Source: Gemmatales bacterium (GTDB lineage: Bacteria > Planctomycetota > Planctomycetia > Gemmatales > HRBIN36). From it: a DNA stretch of 64,000 nt. The position numbers and the translations under genes are program-made. Below, piece after piece: positions 32,354 through 42,494 of this stretch. Under the pieces are notes generated by a model that saw nothing but the letters and a program-made list of their open reading frames with translations, ran no database searches and was not told the DNA's origin. Each line of letters opens with the position of its first letter. The first letter of the stretch is position 1. The stretch lies in the NCBI GenBank assembly GCA_041640595.1, contig JBEPZY010000006.1:191607-255606 (forward strand). The letters are read 5' to 3'.

Positions 32354-34873
32354 ATGCCAGCTATGAAGAAGGCCCTACTTGCTCGGCTGCACTATCTTGC
32401 GGCGGTACTGGTGAGCACCTTAAGTGTGTGGTTACTTTCCGGGCAGATGGTGCCGGGAGAACAAAAACCGACGAAAGCCAAACCTGTTCTTCCTGGCCCC
32501 CAACCAGACGGCCGAGTTCAACTTCCCAATCAATGGTCGCTGCGCCCTGCTGGTGCTCAGGTTGAACTCGGCGACTTCCCTGTGAATATGGCATTACATC
32601 CTTCCGGCCGGTGGCTGGCGATACTCCATGCCGGCCATAGCGAGCATGAAGTCATTGTCGTGGATACCCAACGCAGGCGAATTACCTGCCGCATCCCGAT
32701 CGAACAGACCTTTTATGGACTGTGCTTCTCGCCTAAAGGCGATCGGCTATTTGCAAGCGGCGGCGAGTTTGAACTTGTGCACGAATGGCAATTCGATGAC
32801 GGATTGCTCTTTCGCCACCACACTTGGCCTGTTGCCGATGAAAAATCCACCTTTGTTGTGGCCGGAATTGCACTCGACCAGGAAGCAACCACCCTCTATG
32901 CGGCAGGCGTCTTTGGAGACGCTATAAGCATTCGCCCTTTACGCGAACAAGCCACTTATGAAGTTATCCGATTGCCCGAACAAAGCCATCCTTATACCGT
33001 GCTCCCCGACCCAACGCGGCGCCGACTCTATATCAGTCTCTGGGCCAAGGAAGCCGTCGCTGTTCTAAACTTAGATACTAAGCAAATTGTTGCTACCTGG
33101 CCGACGGAAAAGCATCCGACCGAAATGCTCCTGGCACCCGACGGGAAGACCCTCTATGTGGCCTGTGCCAATTCGACGAAAGTTAGCGTTATAGATGTTG
33201 AAACCGGACGCGGTATAGAGACGTTACATTGCGCCTTATACCCGACGGCTCCGGTCGGCAACACCCCGAACAGTATCGCACTAACACCGGATGGCAAAAT
33301 GCTGTTTGTCGCCAATGCAGATAACAATAATCTCGCCCTGTTCAGTGTGGCCGAACGTGGCAAAGCGAAGCCACTGGGTTTTATTCCAGTCGGCTGGTAT
33401 CCCACTTGCGTTCGTTATAATCCGCAAACCAAGCAGATTTATGTTACGAACGGCAAGGGCGTCACGCCCTTGGCTAATCCTCAGGGTCCGCAACCAGGTG
33501 TCCCCACGGGTGGAACGACCCGGCAGTATATTGCCCGCCTGTTTCGCGGAACGCTTTCCATAATCAATCTCCCCGACCCTAAACAAATGGCCCACTACAC
33601 ACGGCAGGCTTATGAATGCAGCCCGCTCCGTCGCGACCTTGGCGTTACTGCAGAACGGGAACCCGACAATCCTATCCCCGCCAAAGTCGGTGACCCGTCT
33701 CCTATCAAATACTGCATTTATATCATCAAAGAGAATCGCACTTATGACCAGGTTTTCGGAGATATGCCTGAAGGTAACGGCGATCCGAATCTATGCCTGT
33801 TCCCCGAACCAGTCACTCCTAATCATCACAAACTTGCCCGGGAGTTTGTGTTACTCGATAACTTCTATGTAGAAAGCGAGGTTTCCGCGGATGGACATGA
33901 ATGGAGCACAGCTGCCTACTGCACCGATTTCGTCGAACGTATCTGGCCTCTAACTTATCGCGGCAGTCCGAAGAAAAAACTTAGTTTTTATCCCTCGGAA
34001 GGAGAAAAGGAACATTTGGCACGTCCAGCCGGGGGCTATATATGGGAGCGCTGTCGCGAAGCTGGTGTAAGTTACTATAGTCTGGGTGAGTTTATTGAGA
34101 CCGGCAAGACTCTGAAAGACCCAGGCCGGGCACGAGTCAAGTCATTAGAGGGTCATTTCGATCCCTGGTATCGCGGTTGGGACCTTGATTATCCCGACGT
34201 CAAGCGGGCTGAACGCTTTATCGAGCTACTGCGTGCCTGGGAACAAAAGGGCGACATGCCTCGCTTTATTATCATGCGTCTGCCGAACGATCATACCGCC
34301 GGCACCCGGGTTGGTGCCTGGACACCGCGAGCCATGGTAGCCGATAATGACTTAGCTTTAGGTATGGTGGTGGAAGCGATTTCTAAGAGCCGTTTCTGGA
34401 AAGAAACGGCTATATTCGTCGTCGAGGATGATGCTCAAAACGGCCCGGATCATGTTGATGCGCATCGCACAGTGGCTTTAGTAATCAGTCCTTATACCAA
34501 ACGCCGTTTTGTGGATTCTACACTCTACTCGACGAGCAGCATGCTTCGCACGATGGAATTGATCCTAGGCTTGCAACCTATGAGTCAGTTTGATGCGGCT
34601 GCCCGACCGATGTATAACTCCTTTACCAGCAAACCCGATTTTACTCCCTACGAAGCGGTTAAACCGCAGGTAGATTTGAATGAGCGCAACAAACCAACCG
34701 CCTGGGGAGCGGATTTATCCGAGAAAATGGACTTGACCAAAGAGGACGCCATTGACGACATCCTGTTCAACGAAATAATCTGGCGTTCGATCAAAGGCCC
34801 TGATAGTCCCATGCCTCCGCCAGTCCGTGCCGCATTTGTCTTCCCACATATCAAGGACAAAGATGACGACTAA
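32354..34873 (+). CDS. Secreted YVTN-type beta-propeller fused to a phosphoesterase/alkaline-phosphatase-like domain
   Basis: PDGKTLYVA, PDGKMLFVANADNN, GFIPVGWYP; IIKENRTYDQVFGD, EVSADGHEW, LPNDHT, EDDAQNGPDHVDAHR. Confidence 0.88.
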   Translation: MPAMKKALLARLHYLAAVLVSTLSVWLLSGQMVPGEQKPTKAKPVLPGPQPDGRVQLPNQWSLRPAGAQVELGDFPVNMALHPSGRWLAILHAGHSEHEVIVVDTQRRRITCRIPIEQTFYGLCFSPKGDRLFASGGEFELVHEWQFDDGLLFRHHTWPVADEKSTFVVAGIALDQEATTLYAAGVFGDAISIRPLREQATYEVIRLPEQSHPYTVLPDPTRRRLYISLWAKEAVAVLNLDTKQIVATWPTEKHPTEMLLAPDGKTLYVACANSTKVSVIDVETGRGIETLHCALYPTAPVGNTPNSIALTPDGKMLFVANADNNNLALFSVAERGKAKPLGFIPVGWYPTCVRYNPQTKQIYVTNGKGVTPLANPQGPQPGVPTGGTTRQYIARLFRGTLSIINLPDPKQMAHYTRQAYECSPLRRDLGVTAEREPDNPIPAKVGDPSPIKYCIYIIKENRTYDQVFGDMPEGNGDPNLCLFPEPVTPNHHKLAREFVLLDNFYVESEVSADGHEWSTAAYCTDFVERIWPLTYRGSPKKKLSFYPSEGEKEHLARPAGGYIWERCREAGVSYYSLGEFIETGKTLKDPGRARVKSLEGHFDPWYRGWDLDYPDVKRAERFIELLRAWEQKGDMPRFIIMRLPNDHTAGTRVGAWTPRAMVADNDLALGMVVEAISKSRFWKETAIFVVEDDAQNGPDHVDAHRTVALVISPYTKRRFVDSTLYSTSSMLRTMELILGLQPMSQFDAAARPMYNSFTSKPDFTPYEAVKPQVDLNERNKPTAWGADLSEKMDLTKEDAIDDILFNEIIWRSIKGPDSPMPPPVRAAFVFPHIKDKDDD

Positions 34874-34892
34874 GCACCGCAGTTGGCGGCGA

Positions 34893-35933
34893 CTATACTC
34901 GGCTGACAGCTTTTCCACGAATCTGCTTCATCATTTCAACATACGCAACTGCCCACGGAAGCAACATAAGCGGAGAAAAGATCGCCGAGATGATGGCGTT
35001 GGTCACCGCATTTAGCAAGCCACCGACCAATCTCCCCAATTGACTTAGTGCGATTGCAGCCGCCAGTGCTATCGCAAGCTGGATAAGTCCCAACGCCAGG
35101 TTATAGAAGACCAGCACTAACCAGTACAACCATTTCCAGTGGGAAGTTACCTGGCCAGTCATGCGCACTGCTCTGTTGATGTCATAACCGTCCAGCAGGA
35201 AATACGGTGCGAGGGAAAAATAACGGAGCAAGATGAAGAGGAAAACCAAAACTTCGAGGATTATAGCCGGAAGAGCGAATACCATGCCCATCCATGGAGC
35301 CGGACCCTTGTTGGGAGGGACTAAAATCGCGAAAAGTAAGTACGTCCCAAAAATAACTACAGCCAGCACAATCATGCAGCCCAGCAGTGTCAGGAGCATC
35401 ATGAGAAACCCGCTGAAATTGCGATACGGATCGAAAAAGTTGGACAGGTCCCATCCCTTACGGCGAGCGATAGACAGGCACGCAGATAAGTAACCAAATA
35501 AGAAGGGAAAAGCCGCCACCGAAACTGCTAAACCGATCAGAATCAGTATCACTAACCCAATAAAGCCGAACTGCCCCAGCACGAAGGCGAGCGCTCTCAT
35601 GCTTAGCCGACCGGCGAGATTTAGAAACAAACCCACCAGGGCTAACACGATAGCGGCCAGAAAAGCCGAGCCATAATAAGAAAAGGTCTTGCTAAAGATA
35701 ACCCCGAAATCAAACTGGTATTCCCAGGGCCGAAGGCGTGGCGAAGGAACCTGAGTGGTTTCGGCAGGTCCTGTTTCTGTTGGAACGCCGGCTAATATCC
35801 GAACGGTGTTTTCGTTTGCTTCAATGATAAACTGACGCTGACAGATCGGGCACATGCCTCGCTTTAGTCCGGTCAATCCCGCTGGAAGAGCGATCTGCTG
35901 TCCGCAATGAGGACAGGTTGCCAATTGGGCCAT
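34893..35933 (-). CDS. Polytopic membrane protein with N-terminal zinc ribbon
   Basis: CPHCGQ...CPICQ followed by about six hydrophobic helices. Confidence 0.75.
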   Translation of the reverse strand: MAQLATCPHCGQQIALPAGLTGLKRGMCPICQRQFIIEANENTVRILAGVPTETGPAETTQVPSPRLRPWEYQFDFGVIFSKTFSYYGSAFLAAIVLALVGLFLNLAGRLSMRALAFVLGQFGFIGLVILILIGLAVSVAAFPFLFGYLSACLSIARRKGWDLSNFFDPYRNFSGFLMMLLTLLGCMIVLAVVIFGTYLLFAILVPPNKGPAPWMGMVFALPAIILEVLVFLFILLRYFSLAPYFLLDGYDINRAVRMTGQVTSHWKWLYWLVLVFYNLALGLIQLAIALAAAIALSQLGRLVGGLLNAVTNAIISAIFSPLMLLPWAVAYVEMMKQIRGKAVSRV

Positions 35934-36054
35934 GAAACTTCCCCTGCTTGACAGAACCCGGTGCTTACCAGGGAAGGCAAAATGCCTGGTTTGCCGTCTT
36001 ATGGGTATGATCCTAGCATACACGACGCCGGGTACAAGAGGTTGATTAGATGCC

Positions 36055-37047
36055 ATGTCCCAAACAGAGACCGAAAAAACACCAGCTGGCGTAATCAATT
36101 CGCTTGCGAGGCCGAACGCGGAGACACTCCTTTCGGCAATCTATTTCACGCTGGCGTTGGTACATTTGGCTGCCCTGGCCGGGTTCTCTCACCGTTACAC
36201 CCGCGAAGACGTTGCACTGATAGAGATTCGGCTGATGGCTGGAACGTTGATTGTCGTATGGCCAGCGTTCTGGTTAGAGGCAGCGGTGCGATTGCACCTG
36301 GCCTGCATCCGTGGTCAATGGAAGCAAGGGCTGCTGCCGGCTTTACTCGTTGCTGTCCTGCCACCATTACGACTGGGATTTCGGGGTTACTTCCGGCGAG
36401 AAGAACTCTGGATCCCGTTTCTCGGCTGGCAACGGGCTGACAAAGAGCTGTACCGGCGATTGGAACGGGCCTTTAGTGTGCCGATGATCGTGCTGGCCCT
36501 GCTGGTCTTGCCGATTCTGGTGCTGGAGTTTGGCTGGGAGGAATGGCGGAAAATCTACCCCTGGTTTGGCCTGACCCTGGATGTTTGCTCGGCGGTGATC
36601 TGGTCGGCATTCGCGCTGGAATTTATCCTGCTGATTAGCCTGAGCGAAAATAAACTGCAATTCTGTGTTCGGCACTGGATTGAATTGCTGATCGTAGTTC
36701 TGCCTCTGGCTGAATTGTTGCCAGTGTTGTTGACGGATCTCGTACCAGCACTGCGGTTACTTCGGATTTTGCGGCTACAGCAACTGGGACGCTTTGGGCG
36801 GGTGTACCGGCTGCGTGCGCTGTTGACTCGCATGTGGCGGGCATTCTTACTGCTCGAACTGGTGCAACGGCTGACCGGCCAAACACCGCAGAAACGTCTC
36901 CGCCGATTGCGGGAATTGCTGGCCGCAAAATTGGAGGAAGTCGAACAACTACAGCAAGAAATTGCCCGTCTGGAAGCCCAGGTGCAACAATCGCCGAACA
37001 GTCCTGATTTTGAATGCACCAAACAACGGTTGTTGAGTGAGCACTGA
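36055..37047 (+). CDS. Voltage-sensor-domain (Ion_trans-like S1-S4) membrane protein with C-terminal coiled coil and no pore
   Basis: S2 AFALEFIL, S3 HWIELLIVVLP, S4 LRLLRILRLQQLGRFGRVYRLR; no S5-P-S6 segment or GYG filter; heptad-repeat tail. Confidence 0.75.
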   Translation: MSQTETEKTPAGVINSLARPNAETLLSAIYFTLALVHLAALAGFSHRYTREDVALIEIRLMAGTLIVVWPAFWLEAAVRLHLACIRGQWKQGLLPALLVAVLPPLRLGFRGYFRREELWIPFLGWQRADKELYRRLERAFSVPMIVLALLVLPILVLEFGWEEWRKIYPWFGLTLDVCSAVIWSAFALEFILLISLSENKLQFCVRHWIELLIVVLPLAELLPVLLTDLVPALRLLRILRLQQLGRFGRVYRLRALLTRMWRAFLLLELVQRLTGQTPQKRLRRLRELLAAKLEEVEQLQQEIARLEAQVQQSPNSPDFECTKQRLLSEH

Positions 37048-37207
37048 TTGCCACAGTTGCGGAAGATTTGTAACGGTCCGGCAAAAAGGGACGCTCTCGC
37101 TCGCAGTATTCGTCGGGCGAAGGCAGTGTCGTCCATTTTTGGAGTATCGGTGGACCAGTCGAAAGCGCGTTGCCCCAACGGCGGCAATCCGGAGCGTACT
37201 ACGGCAA

Positions 37208-38074
37208 CTATGCTGGCTGCCGGGCGAATGCCTCCAGCAGTGGTAGCAATCGCTCATAGGCAGTACGCGCAGCCCGATCGGGGTCATCGAGATACGGATA
37301 AAGCTCCACGGTGATCCAACCCTGATAGCCGATCTCGGCTAAAGCCACAAAAACCGAGGCAAAATCAATCGCGCCGTCTCCAGGAATGAGATGTTGGTGG
37401 CGACGGTTCGCGGGGATGTCTTCGAGATGGACGTGGCGGATGTACCGGGCCAGGCGTCGAATGACCTGCGCAGGCTCTTCACCGACACAGTAAAAATGAC
37501 CAATATCGCAGTTGAGACCCACTGCCGGAGACGCAACACGATCCATGAATTCCTCGAACTGGTCAGCGTTTTCGATCAGCAAGCCTGGCTCTGGCTCGAC
37601 CAGCAACTGCACACCGAGTCGTTCAGCCCGTTCGGCCACGGGAGCCAGGCTTTCAAGAAAAATGTCCAGTGCCTGATGCCAGCTCTGGCCTGGTTCGAGA
37701 GGACCGCCAGGTTCGGTGCTGATGCTTGGAGCGCCCAGCTCCTGTGCCAGCTGCAAGGCTCGTAAAGTGTGCTCAATGCGCACCTGACGGTAGTGGCGAT
37801 CTGGTTCGATCCAGGAAGGATGCCAGTATGGCTGGCGGGGGTCGGCAACGGCATTCATCATGAAGGCATTGATATTGGCCAGCGCCAGCCCGGTTTCTGC
37901 CAGGGCATGTCGAATGGCCTGTTTTTGTTCTTCCAGTAAGAAAACCGGCCAGGCATGAGGCACGTCGGCAAGCAATTCCACACCCTGATAGCCAGCGGCA
38001 CGAATCCGCCGTGCTGCCTCGGGAAAACTGTAGCGCAGATAGGCGTTGCTGCTGAAAGCGAGTTTCCAGGCCAT
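37208..38074 (-). CDS. Sugar-phosphate isomerase/epimerase (xylose-isomerase-like TIM barrel)
   Basis: GYQGVELLAD, LLVEPEPG, CDIGH, HVHLED, HLIPGDG, GYQGWITVELY. Confidence 0.88.
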   Translation of the reverse strand: MAWKLAFSSNAYLRYSFPEAARRIRAAGYQGVELLADVPHAWPVFLLEEQKQAIRHALAETGLALANINAFMMNAVADPRQPYWHPSWIEPDRHYRQVRIEHTLRALQLAQELGAPSISTEPGGPLEPGQSWHQALDIFLESLAPVAERAERLGVQLLVEPEPGLLIENADQFEEFMDRVASPAVGLNCDIGHFYCVGEEPAQVIRRLARYIRHVHLEDIPANRRHQHLIPGDGAIDFASVFVALAEIGYQGWITVELYPYLDDPDRAARTAYERLLPLLEAFARQPA

Positions 38075-38077
38075 ACG

Positions 38078-39220
38078 TTACTCGTAAGTTTCGCCCTGAC
38101 GCAGACCCAGGTAAGTCTCATAACGCTGCATGGGAATCTGCCTGAGCCGCACCGCTTCCTTCACAGCGCAGCCAGCCTCGTGCGTATGCGAGCAACCGGG
38201 AAATTGACAATGGGCTACAAAGGGGCGAAATTCCGGAAAGTAGCCGTCGAGTTCCTCGAGGGCAATTTCCCACAATGCGAATTGGCGGATGCCTGGGGTG
38301 TCCACAACCCAGGCTCCGAAATCGAGGCCAATCAATTCAGCGGTGGTGGTCGTATGGCGGCCCTTCTGTGTGGCTTCGCTGACCTCACGAACTTTCAATT
38401 GCAGGCCGGGCTGAATGGCATTGAGCAAGGAACTTTTGCCGACGCCGCTCTGTCCGGCAAAAACGGTTTGTCGGTCTTTGAGAAGTTGCCGTAGCCGATC
38501 GATTCCCATCCCGGTACGGGCACTGGTCGGAATTACCGGGATGCCGAGCTGGCTGTACATGCCTATCAGCCACTGGTAATTGACCAAATCCACCAGATCG
38601 GCCTTGTTGAAGCAGATGATGGGTCGCAAATGTCCCTTTTCGGCACTCACGAGATACCTGTCCACCAGATGGGGTTTGAGGACCGGCTCCGCCAGGGAAG
38701 CGACGATCACCACCTGGTCCACGTTGGCAGCGATAATGTGTTCTTTACCGCGGACACTGCGGGTGAGCAGACCATGACGTGGTTCCACTCGTTCGATAAC
38801 CCCTTCTTGCGAAGTGGCGGGGCGGATCCATACCCGGTCGCCAGTTACCACAATGTTGCGTTCGTCAATCTGCAAACTGCGCAATAGCTTGCGTACCACG
38901 CAGCGAAAGGTGCGACCGTCGTCAGTTAACACAGTGCTGTACAAACCCTGAACTCGCAACACCCGGCCCGGTAAGCAATGACTCAAATCCACAGCCGGCA
39001 GCACCGGAAGGTCGCCCTTTTCCTCGGCAACTTCCGCCACAATGGTGCGCCGACGAGATAACTCTCCCTTGGCTTTGACGCGTTCGGCTCGAACTGTCCC
39101 TTCAGTTTCTTCAACCTCGCCTTCCAGATACTGGCGTGTCCAGTCCCGTTCCCGGGCCAGCTTATCGCGGTTCTTTCGGAGTTCGATACGGATTTTGCGT
39201 TTCTTTCGTTCATCAGACAT
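38078..39220 (-). CDS. rsgA: Ribosome small subunit-dependent GTPase A
   Basis: Circularly permuted GTPase: NKADL, GQSGVGKSS, GRHTTT, DTPGIR; CQFPGCSHTHEAGC zinc knuckle. Confidence 0.95.
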   Translation of the reverse strand: MSDERKKRKIRIELRKNRDKLARERDWTRQYLEGEVEETEGTVRAERVKAKGELSRRRTIVAEVAEEKGDLPVLPAVDLSHCLPGRVLRVQGLYSTVLTDDGRTFRCVVRKLLRSLQIDERNIVVTGDRVWIRPATSQEGVIERVEPRHGLLTRSVRGKEHIIAANVDQVVIVASLAEPVLKPHLVDRYLVSAEKGHLRPIICFNKADLVDLVNYQWLIGMYSQLGIPVIPTSARTGMGIDRLRQLLKDRQTVFAGQSGVGKSSLLNAIQPGLQLKVREVSEATQKGRHTTTTAELIGLDFGAWVVDTPGIRQFALWEIALEELDGYFPEFRPFVAHCQFPGCSHTHEAGCAVKEAVRLRQIPMQRYETYLGLRQGETYE

Positions 39221-39473
39221 ACATGGCTCCCGAGGTAGGCCTGGGCAGGCGGGACAAATCCGGTGGCGGCACTTCTTTATTGTAGCCTCTCGCAGAAACG
39301 TGTGCTTACGTGTCAACGAGAACGAAATGTCCAATCGCGACGGTTGTGCTGATTCTGAGGCGGTGTCTGGCCAGGAGCAGGTACGCCGGGCTTGCTCGCA
39401 GCGAAACGATTATCCCAGCCCGGACGATATTTCCATCGTCGGAAGTCGCGGAAACTCGCTGCAGGAGAGGCTT

Positions 39474-39692
39474 GTGCCCCAGGACCTTCACCTCCTAGCG
39501 CTGGTCAAGGGAGAAGAGCACTACGTCTTCCTTTACGAGGAAGAGGCCAAAAGCGAATTGATCCAGACACTGCGAGAATGGGCAGCAGATCCGCGGTTGA
39601 GTTTTTCCTGGTTCGACGCGGCAGTGCTGACGGCGCGATTGCAAAGTCTCGATGACGGATGTCGTGCTTCTTCCGCTCAGCGTCGTCAGTGA
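39474..39692 (+). CDS. Small conserved-looking hypothetical protein upstream of xerC
   Basis: AGGAGAGG RBS then GTG; LALVKGEEHYVFLY...WAADPRLSFSWFDAAVL reads as a compact folded protein. Confidence 0.7.
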   Translation: MPQDLHLLALVKGEEHYVFLYEEEAKSELIQTLREWAADPRLSFSWFDAAVLTARLQSLDDGCRASSAQRRQ

Positions 39693-39780
39693 CCACGCTC
39701 CAACGAAGTCGAACCAGCCGACTACCCCGCCCTTTCGCCGCCGACCACCGCAACTCCGCATTCGGCCCGGGGATTCAATT

Positions 39781-40749
39781 ATGCTCCAGCGCAACAATTC
39801 TTTGTCTGCCCCGCCAGCCCTGGCGCAGGCGGTGCGTGATTTTCTTTGTTACCTGGAAGATGAACGCGACGCTTCGCCGCATACGCGCAAATCCTACCGT
39901 GAGGACCTGGAGCAAGCCCTGCAGTTCTGGCGTAACACCCTGGGCCATTTACCGACTCCATCGGAGATCAGTACGCGGCACGTGCGAGCTTTTCTGGCCT
40001 GGTTGCATCAGCAAAATTACTCGCGTAGCACCATTGCTCGCCGTCTCGCTGCCTTGCGAGCCTTTTTCCGATTTCTCTGCCGTCAACAAATCCTGGACGA
40101 AAATCCTGCTGAAAGTATCCGCAGCCCACGCCGCGAACTCAAGTTGCCGCACTTCCTGACCGAAAGCGATACGGAAAAGCTCCTGGAAGTAGCTCACCGT
40201 GGGCGGAACGGTAGGCAGCGGAAGTCCGGCTCAGCAGCACGCCTGGCGGTACGCGACCGTGCACTGCTGGAAGTCCTTTACTCGGCAGGATTGCGGGTCA
40301 GCGAAGTCGTCGGAGTCAACCTGGAGGATCTAGACCTGGATGGCGGTACGCTTCTGGTCCGCGGCAAGGGAAAGAAAGAGCGGCTGGCTTTACTCGGCAA
40401 ACCGGCACGGCGCTCGCTTTTAGAATGGCTGCAACAACGCCAGGAGCTGCTGCGCCATCTCGGACGCGATTCGCCTGCTGTGTTCATCAACAAGAACGGC
40501 ACCCGGCTCAGCACGCGTGCCGTCCGCGACCTGGTACGCAAATACACTTTGCTGGCAGGACTGAGCGGTCGAGTCACTCCGCACACCTTACGGCATACCT
40601 TCGCTACGCACCTGCTGGATCGCGGCGCTGGCATCCGTGCCGTGCAGGAATTGCTCGGACACGCCAGCCTGTCCACCACGCAGCTTTACACCCACGTTAC
40701 CACTCGCCGATTACAAGACAAATATCGTGCGGCACACCCGCGAGCCTGA
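39781..40749 (+). CDS. xerC: Tyrosine recombinase XerC-like
   Basis: SPHTRKSY, RDRALLEVLYSAGLRVSE, VRGKGKKER, TPHTLRHTFATHLL, VQELLGHASLSTTQLYTH. Confidence 0.88.
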   Translation: MLQRNNSLSAPPALAQAVRDFLCYLEDERDASPHTRKSYREDLEQALQFWRNTLGHLPTPSEISTRHVRAFLAWLHQQNYSRSTIARRLAALRAFFRFLCRQQILDENPAESIRSPRRELKLPHFLTESDTEKLLEVAHRGRNGRQRKSGSAARLAVRDRALLEVLYSAGLRVSEVVGVNLEDLDLDGGTLLVRGKGKKERLALLGKPARRSLLEWLQQRQELLRHLGRDSPAVFINKNGTRLSTRAVRDLVRKYTLLAGLSGRVTPHTLRHTFATHLLDRGAGIRAVQELLGHASLSTTQLYTHVTTRRLQDKYRAAHPRA

Positions 40750-40774
40750 AAGCGCCTGGCAAAGGGATCGGCTC

Positions 40775-42004
40775 ATGAAACTGCGGTTACAAGCTCTGGC
40801 GGGGAATGCGGGTATTTCCGCGTCCGATAGCGGTAAATGCGACCTGTCTGGCGTCTGGCAACGGTTGGCTTTGGGCCACGTTGTCTGCTGGCTGTTTGTA
40901 TGCTGGATAATTGATGCGGCAGCGTTTTCCCAGCAAGCCGACGGGATCGCCTGGCGAACGCAGTATGCCCAGGCGCGGCGAGAAGCGCGTGAGAAACACC
41001 TGCCGTTACTGCTGGATTTTACTACGGAATGGTGCGTGCACTGTCGGCGAATGGACGCCACCACTTTCCAGGACCCGACCATTGTTGCCCTGGTCAATTC
41101 GCGTTTTGTCCCGGCAAAAATTGATGCCAGCCGGGAACAAGCACTGGTCGAGATGTTGCGAATTCGCGGCTATCCGACGCTGGTTCTGGCATTGCCCGAC
41201 GGCCGAATTCTCCACACGCTCGAGGGCTACATAGATGCCGGCCAGCTCAAGCACTATCTCGATGCCACCCTGGCAGCCCTTGGCGAGCGTGATGCCTACG
41301 CTCAGGCTCTGGAAAGCGCGCTTCGAGACCAACAGGCAGGCCATTATGCCCAAGCGATTGCCGCGCTGAAAAAGCTTCTCGCCGATCCACAAGCCCTGTC
41401 CGTGCACCAGCGTGCCCGCATGGCTCTCAATGAACTCGAAGCACTCGCACGGCAAGAACAGCAAAAACTTGCCAGCCTGGAAACAGAACTAACTCCGCAA
41501 GAGCGGGAACTGCTCTATCAAGACCTCAGCCAGCGTTTCGCAGGCACCGTGGCAAGCCAGGAAGCTCAGCGCGCGTTGTCCGATTTGAAAGCCCAACGGC
41601 AACAAACTGAACAACAACGTCTCCAATTGGCCAACGCGCTTTTAGCCAGCGCCCGGCTGGACTACGAACAGCAGAACTGGCTCGCCTGTCTGGAACGTTG
41701 CGATCGCCTGCTCCGCGAGTTTGCCGACCTTCCTCAGGCTCAGGACGCCCAACGCCTCCTCGAACAACTCAAAAGCCAAACTGAACGCATGCACACTGCC
41801 TGTGAGCGAGTAACTGAGCGCCTCGGTGAACTTCAACTGGCACTGGCGGAGTCCTGGTTACGGCAAGGCGAACCGCAACTGGCCATCGAAACGTTTCGTA
41901 AAGTGCTGATCATGTTTCCCGACACGCGCTATGCCGAACTGGCTCGTCGCCGCCTGCAGCACCTGGCCGAAGGCCCGTTCCAGCCCACTCAATTTTCCCC
42001 GTGA
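40775..42004 (+). CDS. Thioredoxin-like (WCVHC) protein with TPR-like helical C-terminus, probably exported
   Basis: DFTTEWCVHCRRM, GYPT cis-Pro loop, then helical repeats ending FPDTRYAELARRRL. Confidence 0.82.
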   Translation: MKLRLQALAGNAGISASDSGKCDLSGVWQRLALGHVVCWLFVCWIIDAAAFSQQADGIAWRTQYAQARREAREKHLPLLLDFTTEWCVHCRRMDATTFQDPTIVALVNSRFVPAKIDASREQALVEMLRIRGYPTLVLALPDGRILHTLEGYIDAGQLKHYLDATLAALGERDAYAQALESALRDQQAGHYAQAIAALKKLLADPQALSVHQRARMALNELEALARQEQQKLASLETELTPQERELLYQDLSQRFAGTVASQEAQRALSDLKAQRQQTEQQRLQLANALLASARLDYEQQNWLACLERCDRLLREFADLPQAQDAQRLLEQLKSQTERMHTACERVTERLGELQLALAESWLRQGEPQLAIETFRKVLIMFPDTRYAELARRRLQHLAEGPFQPTQFSP

Positions 42005-42494
42005 AATAGCTGAGTCGCCTCCTCCCGGCCGCCTGGTATGTATCGCCAATAAGCTGCACAGGCCTGATTACCTCCGCCGCGACACTATCCTTCACTTCCG
42101 GGCTTGCCCCGATCAGATGGCTACTCGCCCTGCTTCACTATGGGCTTGTTTCTGAAATATACCGGAATGTTTGCGGCTCGCTGTTCAGGCATTTGATAGT
42201 AAGGTCGGAAAGAACTTGCGTTGGCAAAAAGCCAAGTCCAGCACATTGCTGTTCGGGAATTTGATGATGAACTCGGTCAGCCGGCAACGCGAGCACGGTA
42301 GTTGCGACCCACCCGAGGGAAGCCATTTTGCTCTGGGGCTGTGCTATCCTTATCGGTGTGCTGGAGCAAATTTTGCGCTGATTTCTGGTCGCCGGTTTTT
42401 CGGTGGATAGGGACTCGCCTGCAAACAAAACTTCTGGTAGCATACTTGATAGAGGGGACGACTCGCAGGCAGGACAGCCGAAGCGGTAATAGCC

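Noticed and set aside
39781..40749. Phage or ICE integrase marking a mobile element
   Set aside because: Size and motifs fit housekeeping XerC; neighbours are core-type genes; no att repeats or mobile cargo were seen.
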